Source of the DNA: Thermoplasmata archaeon
GTDB lineage: Archaea; Thermoplasmatota; Thermoplasmata; Lutacidiplasmatales; UBA184
Direction: 5' to 3'
NCBI GenBank assembly: GCA_022750435.1
Contig: JAKIVS010000001.1
Coordinates: forward strand, 102,542 to 166,541
DNA: 64,000 bases
This document shows positions 1 to 7,911 of this stretch, one piece after another; the first letter of the stretch is position 1; each line of letters starts with the position of its first letter. A program made the position numbers and the translations under genes. The notes under the pieces were generated by a model. That model was not told the origin of the DNA. It ran no database searches and worked only from the letters and a program-made list of their open reading frames with translations.

Positions 1-276
1 CGCATCGTGCTCGATGGCCTGCGGCCCAATGCCAATGTGGAGGCCGTCTGCCGGACTCACGGGATCCACTCCGCCCAGTTCTACGAGTGGAAGGAGCGCG
101 CCCTCGCCTCGATGAAGGCCGGCCTCGAGAGCCGGCAGGGCACCGATGGCCAGCGCCAGCGCCAGGAAATCGCCCGTCTCAAGCGTCTCATCGCCGACCA
201 GGCGATTGCGCTGCAGGTGTTCAAAGAGGAGCTCACGGGCAGCTCCGAGGGAAAAAACGACGGAGGGAGATCGTGA
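1..276 (+). CDS. IS3-family transposase OrfA (5' partial)
   Basis: Frame is open from base 1. Translation ...HGIHSAQFYEWKERALASMKAGL...IARLKRLIADQAIALQVFKEEL is HTH plus leucine-zipper-like, typical of IS3 OrfA. TGA at 274-276. Confidence 0.75.
   Translation, partial: RIVLDGLRPNANVEAVCRTHGIHSAQFYEWKERALASMKAGLESRQGTDGQRQRQEIARLKRLIADQAIALQVFKEELTGSSEGKNDGGRS
252..258 (+). promoter_or_regulatory. Programmed -1 ribosomal frameshift slippery heptamer A_AAA_AAC
   Basis: orfA codons are GGA AAA AAC (250-258). X_XXY_YYZ is in phase. Slipping back one nt enters the 87-1109 frame (252 is in that phase), 18 nt before the orfA stop. Confidence 0.7.
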
Positions 277-1109
277 GGACGATGCTCGCCCTGGAACTCT
301 CGAAGAGTCGCACCGCCGAGATTGTCGGCCTCTCCCGACGGGCGCTCTACCGAGGACCCCGGACGTCTTCCGTTCGACGAACGCAAGCCGACGAACCCCG
401 GATCCGGGCCGCGGTCCGACGGGTCGCCTTCGCGCGTCCCTCCTTCGGTGTGCGACGGGTGTGGGCGATGCTCCGTCGTGAGGGACTCCGAGTCAACTGC
501 AAGCGGGTCCATCGACTGATGGCCGTCGAGGGACTGCTGCGACCGGCCCACTTCCCTCGGCCTCGCCTCCCTCCGACGGGGCGACTGAGCGCGGAGCGAC
601 CGGACGAGCGGTGGTACACCGATCTCACGGAGGTGGAGACCACCGATTTCGGCCCCTGTCCGTTGATGGCAATTCTCGACGCCTGCACGCGCGAGGTGGT
701 CCACTGGGAGTTCTTCCCGACGTGCGGAGCCGCGGAAGCACTCTCGGTGGTCGAAGGCGCGGTGGCGAAGCGGTTTCCCCGACTCCTCCAGGCCCCCGGT
801 ACCGTCCTGGTGACGGACCAAGGGGCGCAGTTCATCGCGAAGCGCTTCCGCGAGGGGACGAGGCTGCTCGGCCTCGACCTCCGATGGACCCGGAAGAAGC
901 GCCCGGAGGACAACGGGCTCCAGGAATCCTTCCACGGACATCTGAAGCAGGACTACCTGTGGCTGAGGGAGCCGGAGAACTTCTACGCCACCCGCAAACG
1001 AATCGCGGAAGCGATCGACGACTACAACACCGAGCGACCGCACTCATCGCTTGGATATCTCACGCCGCGAGAGTTCGCGCAGAAGGTCCGCGAAGAGGTG
1101 TCAACATGA
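252..1109 (+). CDS. IS3-family transposase OrfB (rve/DDE integrase core), expressed as an OrfAB fusion by -1 frameshift
   Basis: Frame is -1 relative to orfA. Motifs WYTDLTEV, LVTDQGAQFIAK, NGLQESFHGHLKQ and the C-terminal YNTERPHSSLGYLTP signature of IS3/retroviral-type integrases. Confidence 0.85.
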   Translation, partial: KKRRREIVRTMLALELSKSRTAEIVGLSRRALYRGPRTSSVRRTQADEPRIRAAVRRVAFARPSFGVRRVWAMLRREGLRVNCKRVHRLMAVEGLLRPAHFPRPRLPPTGRLSAERPDERWYTDLTEVETTDFGPCPLMAILDACTREVVHWEFFPTCGAAEALSVVEGAVAKRFPRLLQAPGTVLVTDQGAQFIAKRFREGTRLLGLDLRWTRKKRPEDNGLQESFHGHLKQDYLWLREPENFYATRKRIAEAIDDYNTERPHSSLGYLTPREFAQKVREEVST

Positions 1110-1142
1110 ACGCAGGAATCCCTCCCCCAACCCCTCCCTCAA

Positions 1143-2048
1143 GTGAGAAGATGTACGGGGTACACGTCAGTGTCCGCATGGGCCGAGTCGTGCGAGGGGG
1201 TGACTCCCTTGACTCGGCAGACGTATCGGGAACACGTCGGGGCGATGCCCGGCCATTTTGAACGGCTCGGGCTCGAGTACCCCGCGTCCGGAAACTTCGT
1301 GACGCGGGCGATGATCGAGACCTACGCCCACGACCAGAGTCTCGCGCCGACGACCCGCGCGATGAACCTGGGTCTGCTTCGCCAGTTCCTCGAGTGGAAG
1401 TCCGTTCCACTCGCGGACCAAAAGAAGGTCTGGAAAGGTCCGAAACGCGTCGCCACGCGTCGGTACTGGCTCACGAAGGAGCAGCTGACTGCGCTCCTGA
1501 ACGCCGCGGAAGGCCGGGAGCGGATCGCGCTCCTGCTGATGGGGACCAATGGGCTCCGCCAGTTGGAAGTGCGCCTGCTTCGCGTCCGCGACTGCCACAT
1601 GGAGGCGGATAGCCCGACTCTGGACGTGACCGGCAAGTTCGATAAGGTCCGGCAGATCGCGATGAACCGGCTCGTCTGGAGCGAAATGCTGCCCCTGGTC
1701 ACGGGGAAGAATGCGAACGACCGAGTCTACCCGTGGAAGCGAACGACGATTGCGCGGGACCTTTGGAACGCCTGCGACCGCGGGGGGCTCCCGCGCCGAA
1801 GTCCCCACGACCTGCGCCGGACGTTCGGACGGCTCGCGTACAAGGCCGGAGTGCCCCTGACCACGATCCAGGGGTTCTACGGCCACGAGAAGCTCGAGCA
1901 GACGGTCTACTACATCGGCATCGACCAGGCCGATGGGCGCGCCGGAATGGACCGTTTGGAGGGGTTCCTAAACCCTTCCCGGCCCGGAAACGCCGTTTCC
2001 GGGCCGGCGGCACCCCATTTTACTGACGTGCCGGCCAGGTCGCAGTAG
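1143..2048 (+). CDS. Tyrosine recombinase / phage-type integrase (copy 1)
   Basis: Catalytic C-terminal half: NGLRQLEV (Arg), SPHDLRRTFGRL (HxxR), GHEKLEQTVYYIG (His, Tyr). Clear paralog of the integrase at 3383-4438. Its N-terminus is about 60 aa shorter than the paralog, and the ORF begins 34 nt after the IS3 orfB stop. Confidence 0.85.
   Translation: MRRCTGYTSVSAWAESCEGVTPLTRQTYREHVGAMPGHFERLGLEYPASGNFVTRAMIETYAHDQSLAPTTRAMNLGLLRQFLEWKSVPLADQKKVWKGPKRVATRRYWLTKEQLTALLNAAEGRERIALLLMGTNGLRQLEVRLLRVRDCHMEADSPTLDVTGKFDKVRQIAMNRLVWSEMLPLVTGKNANDRVYPWKRTTIARDLWNACDRGGLPRRSPHDLRRTFGRLAYKAGVPLTTIQGFYGHEKLEQTVYYIGIDQADGRAGMDRLEGFLNPSRPGNAVSGPAAPHFTDVPARSQ
1981..2005. repeat. Perfect 12-bp inverted repeat with 1-nt spacer (GGCCCGGAAACG C CGTTTCCGGGCC)
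   Basis: Read directly. Lies in the last 25 codons of integrase copy 1. Function unknown: terminator hairpin or protein-binding site. Confidence 0.6.
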
Positions 2049-2455
2049 TAAGCCCCATTCTGGTTCAGGCAGCATTCGACTCCGCGCTCTCCTCGACGGT
2101 CGGGGGACCAACTTCCTCCCGTCTCTCAGGGCTTGCTCCCGGGGAGTCGGCCGTTTCACCAGATCCCGACGGAATCTCCGGCGCATCGCCTTCACCGTAC
2201 CGTCGGGCTGTGTCGTTGCTGCTCCGTTGCTCGGGCTCTCACCCGGCGGGCTCCCGCCCGCCCCCGTGGTCCCCGGAGTGGGGACTTTCCTCAGCGGGGT
2301 ACCGTTGCCGATAACCACCACCGTCAGCTGCCCTCTGCCTCCTGGCGAGTCGGGGGAACCACGGTCGGGGGTAAGGCTTCCGGCCCGGCGTCCGATATCT
2401 ACTCGCCCCGGTCTGCCCGAGTTGTGAAGAGCCTTCTTCCGGCGGGGCGAATCCA

Positions 2456-3145
2456 CTGAAGCTCGTCCCGGCCATTTCGATTTCGAAGGGGAAGGTCCTC
2501 GCGGAAGAGGATGGGGACATGGTCGCCGTCGCCGGGTCCGACGGCAAACCCCGCGACATCCTCGACATCACCGATGCCCTCGGCAAGGAGTTCGATGCGC
2601 TCTACGTGATCGACCTGGACGGGCGCCGCCGGGGGGAGCCCCAGCTCGACTACCTCCAGGAGATCGCCCGCGACCACGAAGTCTGGCTGGATGCCGGCGT
2701 GCAGTCGTCCGATGAGGCGATCGACGGACTCGTCACCGGGGCCAAGCACGTCATCGTCTCCACCGCGAGCATCCCCAACGCACGGGAACTCCGCCGGGCG
2801 TGGAAGCTCTCCGATGAGGTGGTCCCGGAGGTCGTGACTCACGCCGACGGGACCGTCCTCGCCTACGACGAGGGCTGGGGAGGGCGCCCGATCGCCGACG
2901 TCGCGAACGAGGTTCGCGAGATGGGTCCCCGCCTCCTCCTCTACTCGCCGAGAGAATCCCGACCGGACTGGGCCACCGTCCGCGCCCTGGCGATCGGCGG
3001 ACCGGTGTGGGTCGGAGGCGGGATCGACCCGGAGGAGAGGTCCGCCGCGGAATCGGCGGGTGCCGAGGGAATCATCCTCCGATTGACGGCGAGTCGGCTC
3101 GCCGGCTTCGCCGCCGCGCCGGCCCCCGCGAGCCCCCCGCCGTAG
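2456..3145 (+). CDS. HisA/HisF-family (beta/alpha)8-barrel protein; start codon non-canonical or eroded
   Basis: Translation from 2456 gives (L)KLVPAISISKGKVL...YVIDLDGRRRG...VWLDAGV...HVIVSTAS...VWVGGGI, the HisA/HisF strand pattern. First in-frame ATG/GTG/TTG is 2519, which would delete beta-strand 1. In-frame stop at 2372-2374. CTG at 2456 is the only plausible start. Confidence 0.6.
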   Translation: MKLVPAISISKGKVLAEEDGDMVAVAGSDGKPRDILDITDALGKEFDALYVIDLDGRRRGEPQLDYLQEIARDHEVWLDAGVQSSDEAIDGLVTGAKHVIVSTASIPNARELRRAWKLSDEVVPEVVTHADGTVLAYDEGWGGRPIADVANEVREMGPRLLLYSPRESRPDWATVRALAIGGPVWVGGGIDPEERSAAESAGAEGIILRLTASRLAGFAAAPAPASPPP

Positions 3146-3250
3146 CTCCTCATCCCCGGACGACTCGTACTGCCACCCTGAATCGAGCTTCGCCTCGCGC
3201 CGACCTGCGGCGGGCCGTCTCCGCCCTGCCCTATTCCCCCTCGCAGGGTC

Positions 3251-3269
3251 GACGAAACACCTTTTCTCC
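3251..3269 (+). promoter_or_regulatory. BRE/TATA-like promoter of the box C/D sRNA
   Basis: GACGAAACACCTTTTCTCC. The T-rich box is centred about 25 nt upstream of the sRNA 5' stem (3288). Near-identical box upstream of thrS (14932-14950). Confidence 0.5.
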
Positions 3270-3287
3270 TCGACGGAGCTCCGCCAC

Positions 3288-3352
3288 GGTGCGGGATGAT
3301 GACACCTAGAACCAGCTGAATCGTGATGAATGATGGGCGAGCTGACCGCACC
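3288..3352 (+). ncRNA. Archaeal box C/D sRNA (2'-O-methylation guide)
   Basis: Architecture, 5' to 3': 5' stem GGTGCGG (3288-3294); box C ATGATGA (3296-3302); 13-nt guide; box D' CTGA (3316-3319); 3-nt loop; box C' GTGATGA (3323-3329); 12-nt guide; box D CTGA (3342-3345); 3' stem CCGCACC (3346-3352), perfectly complementary to the 5' stem. Total 65 nt. Confidence 0.85.
3332..3352 (+). repeat. attL: 21-nt direct repeat GATGGGCGAGCTGACCGCACC (within the sRNA 3' half)
   Basis: Exact copy at 14805-14825. A 21-mer match by chance within 64 kb is very unlikely. Confidence 0.75.
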
Positions 3353-3382
3353 TCAGAGACTTGCCCTTCGCACATAAACCCC

Positions 3383-4438
3383 CTAGGCAGACACCTGCAC
3401 GGCCGGGAGAGTGCGAGGGCTGGGAGCGTCGAAGGTTCCGACGACTTCCCGCATCCCGTCGAGCGTCTCCCCGATGTAGTAGAGCGTCTGCTCGGTCGCG
3501 GCGTGGTTGTAGAGCGCCCGGATCGTGTTGACGTTCACCCCGCGGGCGTACAGGATCCGCCCGAACGACCGTCGTAGGTCGTGCGGCGACGCTGGGACCC
3601 CCAGGACCACCGCAAGCTCTGCCACGTCGCGATAGATGGTGCGGTAGCTGAGGGGATACACCCGGTCGGCCGGCCCACGACCCACCACGAACGGCCGGAG
3701 CGCGTTCGCCACGGCTTTGGAGATCGGATAGTACTTCCTCGCTCCACCCTTGCGGGTCACCGTCAACGCGGGCCGGTCCATCGAGAGGTCCACGTCCCGG
3801 GCGAGCAGGCTCCATAGCTCGCGCCGGCGGAGCCCCGCCCACGCCCCCAGGGCAAGTACGAGGCGGTGCCGCTCGCTCGGCGCGGCGTCCCACATCCGCT
3901 GGATCTGCTCCTCGGAAAACCAGCGCCGGTGCGTTGCGTCCCCCCGTCGGCCCCGCCAAATCGGGTCCAGCTTTGCCACTCCCGCGTGCGCCCATCCGAG
4001 GAAGCCTCTCAGGAAGAAGAGGGCCTGGAACGCCGAAGGCTGCACGATTTCGCGGGGCTTCCCGTCCCGGGTCCGACCCATCGGATGCTCCTTCCACGCG
4101 AGGACCATCTCCGCGGTGACGTCCTGAGCGTGCTCGGTCGCCTCGAGCCCGGCCGCCGTGAAGCGGCCGGGCCACGCCCGCAGGCAACGTTCGGCTCCTT
4201 CCGCGCTGCTCCTCGACCATACTCCTTCGACTCGCTTCGACTCCGCGTACCGCTTGGCCGATTCGATCCACCACCGTCCCCTTGCGGGCACGGTGTCCTC
4301 CGAGCCGTCCCGAGAGGCGTCGAGGTTGAAGGAGTCACGGTCCGTTCGATATCCGACCTCCGCATCGATCGCGAGGGACGGCGGCCGAGCGGCCTTGGTG
4401 GTTGAAACTGCTCCGGAGGTTGGACCTCCCTGCACCAT
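3383..4438 (-). CDS. Tyrosine recombinase / integrase (copy 2, element-encoded)
   Basis: AGLRRREL, SPHDLRRSFGRIL, NHAATEQTLYYIG catalytic motifs. The start is set at the internal ATG 4438 (MVQGGPTS...) because a TATA-like box (4472-4480) lies downstream of the track start at 4699. Confidence 0.85.
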   Translation of the reverse strand: MVQGGPTSGAVSTTKAARPPSLAIDAEVGYRTDRDSFNLDASRDGSEDTVPARGRWWIESAKRYAESKRVEGVWSRSSAEGAERCLRAWPGRFTAAGLEATEHAQDVTAEMVLAWKEHPMGRTRDGKPREIVQPSAFQALFFLRGFLGWAHAGVAKLDPIWRGRRGDATHRRWFSEEQIQRMWDAAPSERHRLVLALGAWAGLRRRELWSLLARDVDLSMDRPALTVTRKGGARKYYPISKAVANALRPFVVGRGPADRVYPLSYRTIYRDVAELAVVLGVPASPHDLRRSFGRILYARGVNVNTIRALYNHAATEQTLYYIGETLDGMREVVGTFDAPSPRTLPAVQVSA

Positions 4439-4725
4439 CTCGGCCGCCACCGCGGGTTGGGAGTGAATTCGGAGATAAGGAACCGAACCGGCCCTTGGAA
4501 CGTGAACGACGCCACCGTTCGCCGTCCGACGAGAATCGTGAGTTGAAAAGGCCCGGTTCAAGATGCCGACGCGATGTCGGATGCCGCCGTCCACCGCCTC
4601 GTCGCGATCCCCGGCCCGCGCTTGAATGCCGAGGGCAAAACCTCGCTCCGGCCGCCTTTGCTCCTCCCTCCGGGCCTCGAGTGGTGGCTGGAGCTCCACC
4701 GAGCGGCCGACGGTTCTGGTTGCGT

Positions 4726-6789
4726 ATGTCTCGGCGCGTGTTCACCTGGCGCCTGACGTCCGTCGCCACCGCACTCGGCGAGGCGATTCCCGGCGTCCAG
4801 CTGACGGCGACCACGACCTGCCCGCTTGGACCGAACTTCCGCTCGCAGGGAACGCTCCTCCGCGCGAAGGCGGCCGTGCCGACGCACTATTGGCCGATCC
4901 AGCTCCAGGGCGGTCTCGACCGCGCCGGGCCGCTGATCCATCTGCTCGGGTCCCCTCAACTGGACGGTGAGGAGGTTCTCCTGCAACTTCTGTTTCGGAG
5001 TCCGGGAGGCTGGGAGCGGGGCTGGTTCGGCGCATCCTACGAGAGCTTCCTGACGGGGGTTGACCAGCGCCAGCGACCGCAGTTCGACCGGCGAATGGCG
5101 GAGCCGCCGTTCCACGTTGAGATTCGCGCGGCGTTTCTCGGACCACACGACTGGCTGGCCGCCCGTGCGGTCGACCAATGGGCGGCCTCCTGGATGTCGA
5201 TGCACGGGTCCGCCCAGTGGCGGCTCGAGCCGGTTCGGGGCCGCCGGCGGCGGGAGCGGTTCTTTCAATCGATGCGGGACCATGACCTGACGCGATGCGT
5301 CGGGAAGAATGGCAGGCGGGACGTCTCGGCGTCGGAGGCGTCGGCCCTTCTTCCGATTCCTTGGCGGGAGAGACACCCGAACCTCACGTACGTCGGAGCG
5401 CCGACGGGCGTCCCTCCCACCGAGCTGGTCGCCGACGTGCGACGGCCCACCGACGTGATCGTCGGGTCCTCCGGGTCCGAACTCGTTCGCTTGCCCCCGA
5501 GTTGGCACCACCTCGCCATCGTCGGGCGGACTCGTTCGGGGAAGTCGACCCTCGCGCAGAACATCGCCCTCCAAATCCTCCGGTCTCAACCGGGGGCGAA
5601 GGTCGTCGTCCTAGAGCCGACGGGAGAGCTGATCCGCGACCTTGTGGACCGGCTCCCGGCCAGGGCGGCGGAGGACGCGATCGCGATCGACCCGGCGCAC
5701 CCCACCGAGGTTGAGAGCGGGCAGGACCTCTCCCGCGTTCCGCTGAATCTGCTTGGAATGGAGGGCCGTCCGAAGGTGGGAACTCCGGAGTTCGAGCGGC
5801 AGGCGGAGCAGGTCTCGGGGGGGCTGGTTCAGGCGATCAAGAACGCGTGGGGCGAGGAGAGCGTCGGTGGGCGCGCCGATTTCATCCTGCGGTCGATGTT
5901 CCAGGCGCTCCTCACGGTCGAAGGTACGAACCTCGTCGACGCCTACACCGCGCTCTCCGACAAGGAGACCCTCCGCCGGCTCGAGCGACTCGTCCCCGAG
6001 GGCCTACTCCGGCAAGCGCTGCGAACGCACCTTCCGCGGCTCGACTACGCGTTCACGATTTCGTCCCTGGACAAGGTCGGAAAGATCGCGACGAACCCGA
6101 TCCTCCGGAAGGCGCTCTGCCAGCGGTACCACCCGGTCTCGTTTGATCAGCTGCTCGACCACCAGCTGGTCCTTCTGGACCTCGCCAAGGGCTCCCTCGG
6201 GACCGAGGCCGCGAACTTCCTGGGGGCGGTCTACCTCACGCAGCTCTGGTCGGCGATCCAGCGGCGCGAGAGGAAGGACCTCCCGGTCTACCTCGTGGTG
6301 GACGAGTTCCACAACTACGCGATCCCTGCCTTCGCGGACATGCTGAGTGAGGGCGCCCGCCTGGGGCTCCAGGTCGTGGCGGTCACCCAGTACCTGAACC
6401 GCATCCCGCAACGGATCCGATCGGCTCTGGTCGGGAACGTCGACGCGTGGATGCTGTTCTCCCTTGGGACCGAGGACATGAACGAGGGGTGGAAGATCCT
6501 TCAAGGCGACCAGTTTGGCTGGACGCCCGACCACCTCGTGAGCGGGCTCGCACCCCACGAGGTCGCGCTGGCCGTGCGCGGGTCGTTGCTTCGGGTCGCG
6601 ACGTCGCCCCCTGCGCCCCCGAACGATGCCGTTGAGAAGACTCGGCGAGTTGTCCAGGTCAGCTCACGCCGGTACGCTCGACCGGAGGACTCCGAGGCCT
6701 CTCCGTTGGCGGTCGGTCGAGCGGATTGCCGCGTTCCTCCGAGTCTTTCCGGAGCTAGAAGGTCGGACCCACCGGCAGCTTACCGATGA
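4726..6789 (+). CDS. HerA/FtsK/VirD4-superfamily P-loop ATPase (DUF87/TraD-like) with an unrecognised N-terminal domain of about 330 aa
   Basis: Walker A HLAIVGRTRSGKST, Walker B VYLVVDEFHNY, downstream VAVTQYLNRIP...NVDAWMLFSLG. The start is set at ATG 4726 because the upstream part of the track ORF overlaps the integrase on the other strand. Confidence 0.75.
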   Translation: MSRRVFTWRLTSVATALGEAIPGVQLTATTTCPLGPNFRSQGTLLRAKAAVPTHYWPIQLQGGLDRAGPLIHLLGSPQLDGEEVLLQLLFRSPGGWERGWFGASYESFLTGVDQRQRPQFDRRMAEPPFHVEIRAAFLGPHDWLAARAVDQWAASWMSMHGSAQWRLEPVRGRRRRERFFQSMRDHDLTRCVGKNGRRDVSASEASALLPIPWRERHPNLTYVGAPTGVPPTELVADVRRPTDVIVGSSGSELVRLPPSWHHLAIVGRTRSGKSTLAQNIALQILRSQPGAKVVVLEPTGELIRDLVDRLPARAAEDAIAIDPAHPTEVESGQDLSRVPLNLLGMEGRPKVGTPEFERQAEQVSGGLVQAIKNAWGEESVGGRADFILRSMFQALLTVEGTNLVDAYTALSDKETLRRLERLVPEGLLRQALRTHLPRLDYAFTISSLDKVGKIATNPILRKALCQRYHPVSFDQLLDHQLVLLDLAKGSLGTEAANFLGAVYLTQLWSAIQRRERKDLPVYLVVDEFHNYAIPAFADMLSEGARLGLQVVAVTQYLNRIPQRIRSALVGNVDAWMLFSLGTEDMNEGWKILQGDQFGWTPDHLVSGLAPHEVALAVRGSLLRVATSPPAPPNDAVEKTRRVVQVSSRRYARPEDSEASPLAVGRADCRVPPSLSGARRSDPPAAYR

Positions 6790-6901
6790 ACTCCACTGGA
6801 CGAGATCCGAGGTTGAGGGGGTGCTGGCCAGATGCCGTGCCGCCGGCGACGTTGCCAACGTCGGCTCCGATGCGTGCGGATTGACCCTCCGGGGGTCGTA
6901 A
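6626..6901 (+). CDS. Possible small winged-helix DNA-binding protein (overlaps the ATPase 3' end in another frame)
   Basis: IAAFLRVFPELEGRTHRQLTDELHWTRSEVEGVLARCRAAGDVANVG looks like a wHTH. Could instead be the ATPase C-terminus joined by a frameshift. Confidence 0.35.
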   Translation: MPLRRLGELSRSAHAGTLDRRTPRPLRWRSVERIAAFLRVFPELEGRTHRQLTDELHWTRSEVEGVLARCRAAGDVANVGSDACGLTLRGS

Positions 6902-6970
6902 CATCGACAGGCGATAGAGGCCGCGAGGAACGAGGGGGAGGAGCATACCGAGCTCCTGACCGACGCGGCG

Positions 6971-7636
6971 ATGTTCCTCGAGGCGAAGGGGATCCGCATT
7001 CGAATCGTCAACCAAGGGGGCGGGTACCTCGTCCCGGACGCCGAGTTCGACCTCGGAGGCCAATCGTACAACGTCGAGGTCGAATGCTCGACGCTCGTAA
7101 AGCACGTCGATCAAGTAGCGCGCAATGTCCGAAAAGCCACCGTCGCTGGGCGGCGGTGTCTCGTCGTCGTTTCCGGGCAGGCGATGGCTGTCCGCTTCGC
7201 CAGCGTTTTCCATGACTGGAACGTTGGATCCCAGCTTTGGCGAGATGTCGGTCTCATCGCCAGAGACGCGAAGGGTGTTATCGTCCCGGTCGCGGAGGGG
7301 GCAACGCAGCCTTGGGGTTGGCTAATCGGCCGCCCGGACGAAATGCCCTCTCGAAGCTGCGCGCAAGGCCCGGAAATTATGCCGGAGAAGCCCGGATTCG
7401 CAAGCCTCTCCGACTTGGCGCGCGCACTCCGCCTCGCGAACCGGCTCGTGGCCGCCGGAAACCTTGAGGCCACCGCGCGGGATTTCCTCCGGATCGCCGA
7501 CCGAGACGATGCAGTGGCCGCCGACGCTCGCCGCCTGGGGATGGCGCTCAGGTCGCTCGGAGTCCGTCAGACAAGAGTTTGGCGAGACGGCAGACAGACC
7601 CGGATTTATGACCTGCACGCGATGTCGAAACCCTAG
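6971..7636 (+). CDS. Hypothetical protein, possible PD-(D/E)xK / Hjc-like nuclease fold
   Basis: N-terminal GGGYLVPDAEFDLGGQSYNVEVECSTLVK resembles the D...E-x-K core, but with Cys where Lys is expected. Rest is unrecognised. Confidence 0.45.
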   Translation: MFLEAKGIRIRIVNQGGGYLVPDAEFDLGGQSYNVEVECSTLVKHVDQVARNVRKATVAGRRCLVVVSGQAMAVRFASVFHDWNVGSQLWRDVGLIARDAKGVIVPVAEGATQPWGWLIGRPDEMPSRSCAQGPEIMPEKPGFASLSDLARALRLANRLVAAGNLEATARDFLRIADRDDAVAADARRLGMALRSLGVRQTRVWRDGRQTRIYDLHAMSKP

Positions 7637-7911
7637 AAGATTGATTGGGCCACCCGAATTTTCGATTCCCTTCCTGGGACAACTTCAGCCCCGAGGCGTC
7701 ACGGAATCTAACCGGGCCTTCGGATTGACCCGTGGGGCGTCGCTTAGCCTCAGCCTTCGACGGTGAGTCAAAGCTCCATCTTCACGGAAGGTGGAAGCGA
7801 CCGGGGCTTGAAATAGCATGGTGCACTCTATCGTGCCGCAGGGGGAGCTATTTTTGTCCTCGCGTGCCGGGTTCGCGCCGACTATCAATCGGGGCCCTCT
7901 TTGGGAACTCT

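Larger units (their letters stand above)
1..1140 (+). mobile_element. IS3-family insertion sequence, left end outside window, right end approximate
   Basis: orfA/orfB pair with rve-type DDE transposase core. An A_AAA_AAC slippery heptamer lies in the orfA zero frame and leads into the -1 orfB frame. orfB stops at 1109. Terminal inverted repeats could not be defined because the left end is missing. Confidence 0.75.

Noticed and set aside
1033-1044. Third partial att copy (GAGCGACCGCAC) near the IS3 right end
   Set aside because: Only a match of about 11 nt with an indel, lying inside the conserved transposase codons (TERPHSS). Judged coincidental.
2049-3400. tRNA gene as the integration target next to the integrases
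   Set aside because: No T-loop consensus (GGTTCRAATCC), no cloverleaf-compatible stems and no CCA-proximal acceptor pattern found on either strand. I could not identify a tRNA anywhere in the window.
4402-4725. N-terminal extension of the ATPase ORF (track start 4402)
   Set aside because: It overlaps the integrase N-terminus on the opposite strand and translates to Arg/Pro-rich sequence. ATG 4726 gives a sensible start.
6899-6970. Stop-codon readthrough joining the 6626-6901 and 6971-7636 ORFs (same frame)
   Set aside because: A TAA stop with 66 nt of unremarkable sequence and no recognisable recoding signal. Treated as two separate ORFs.
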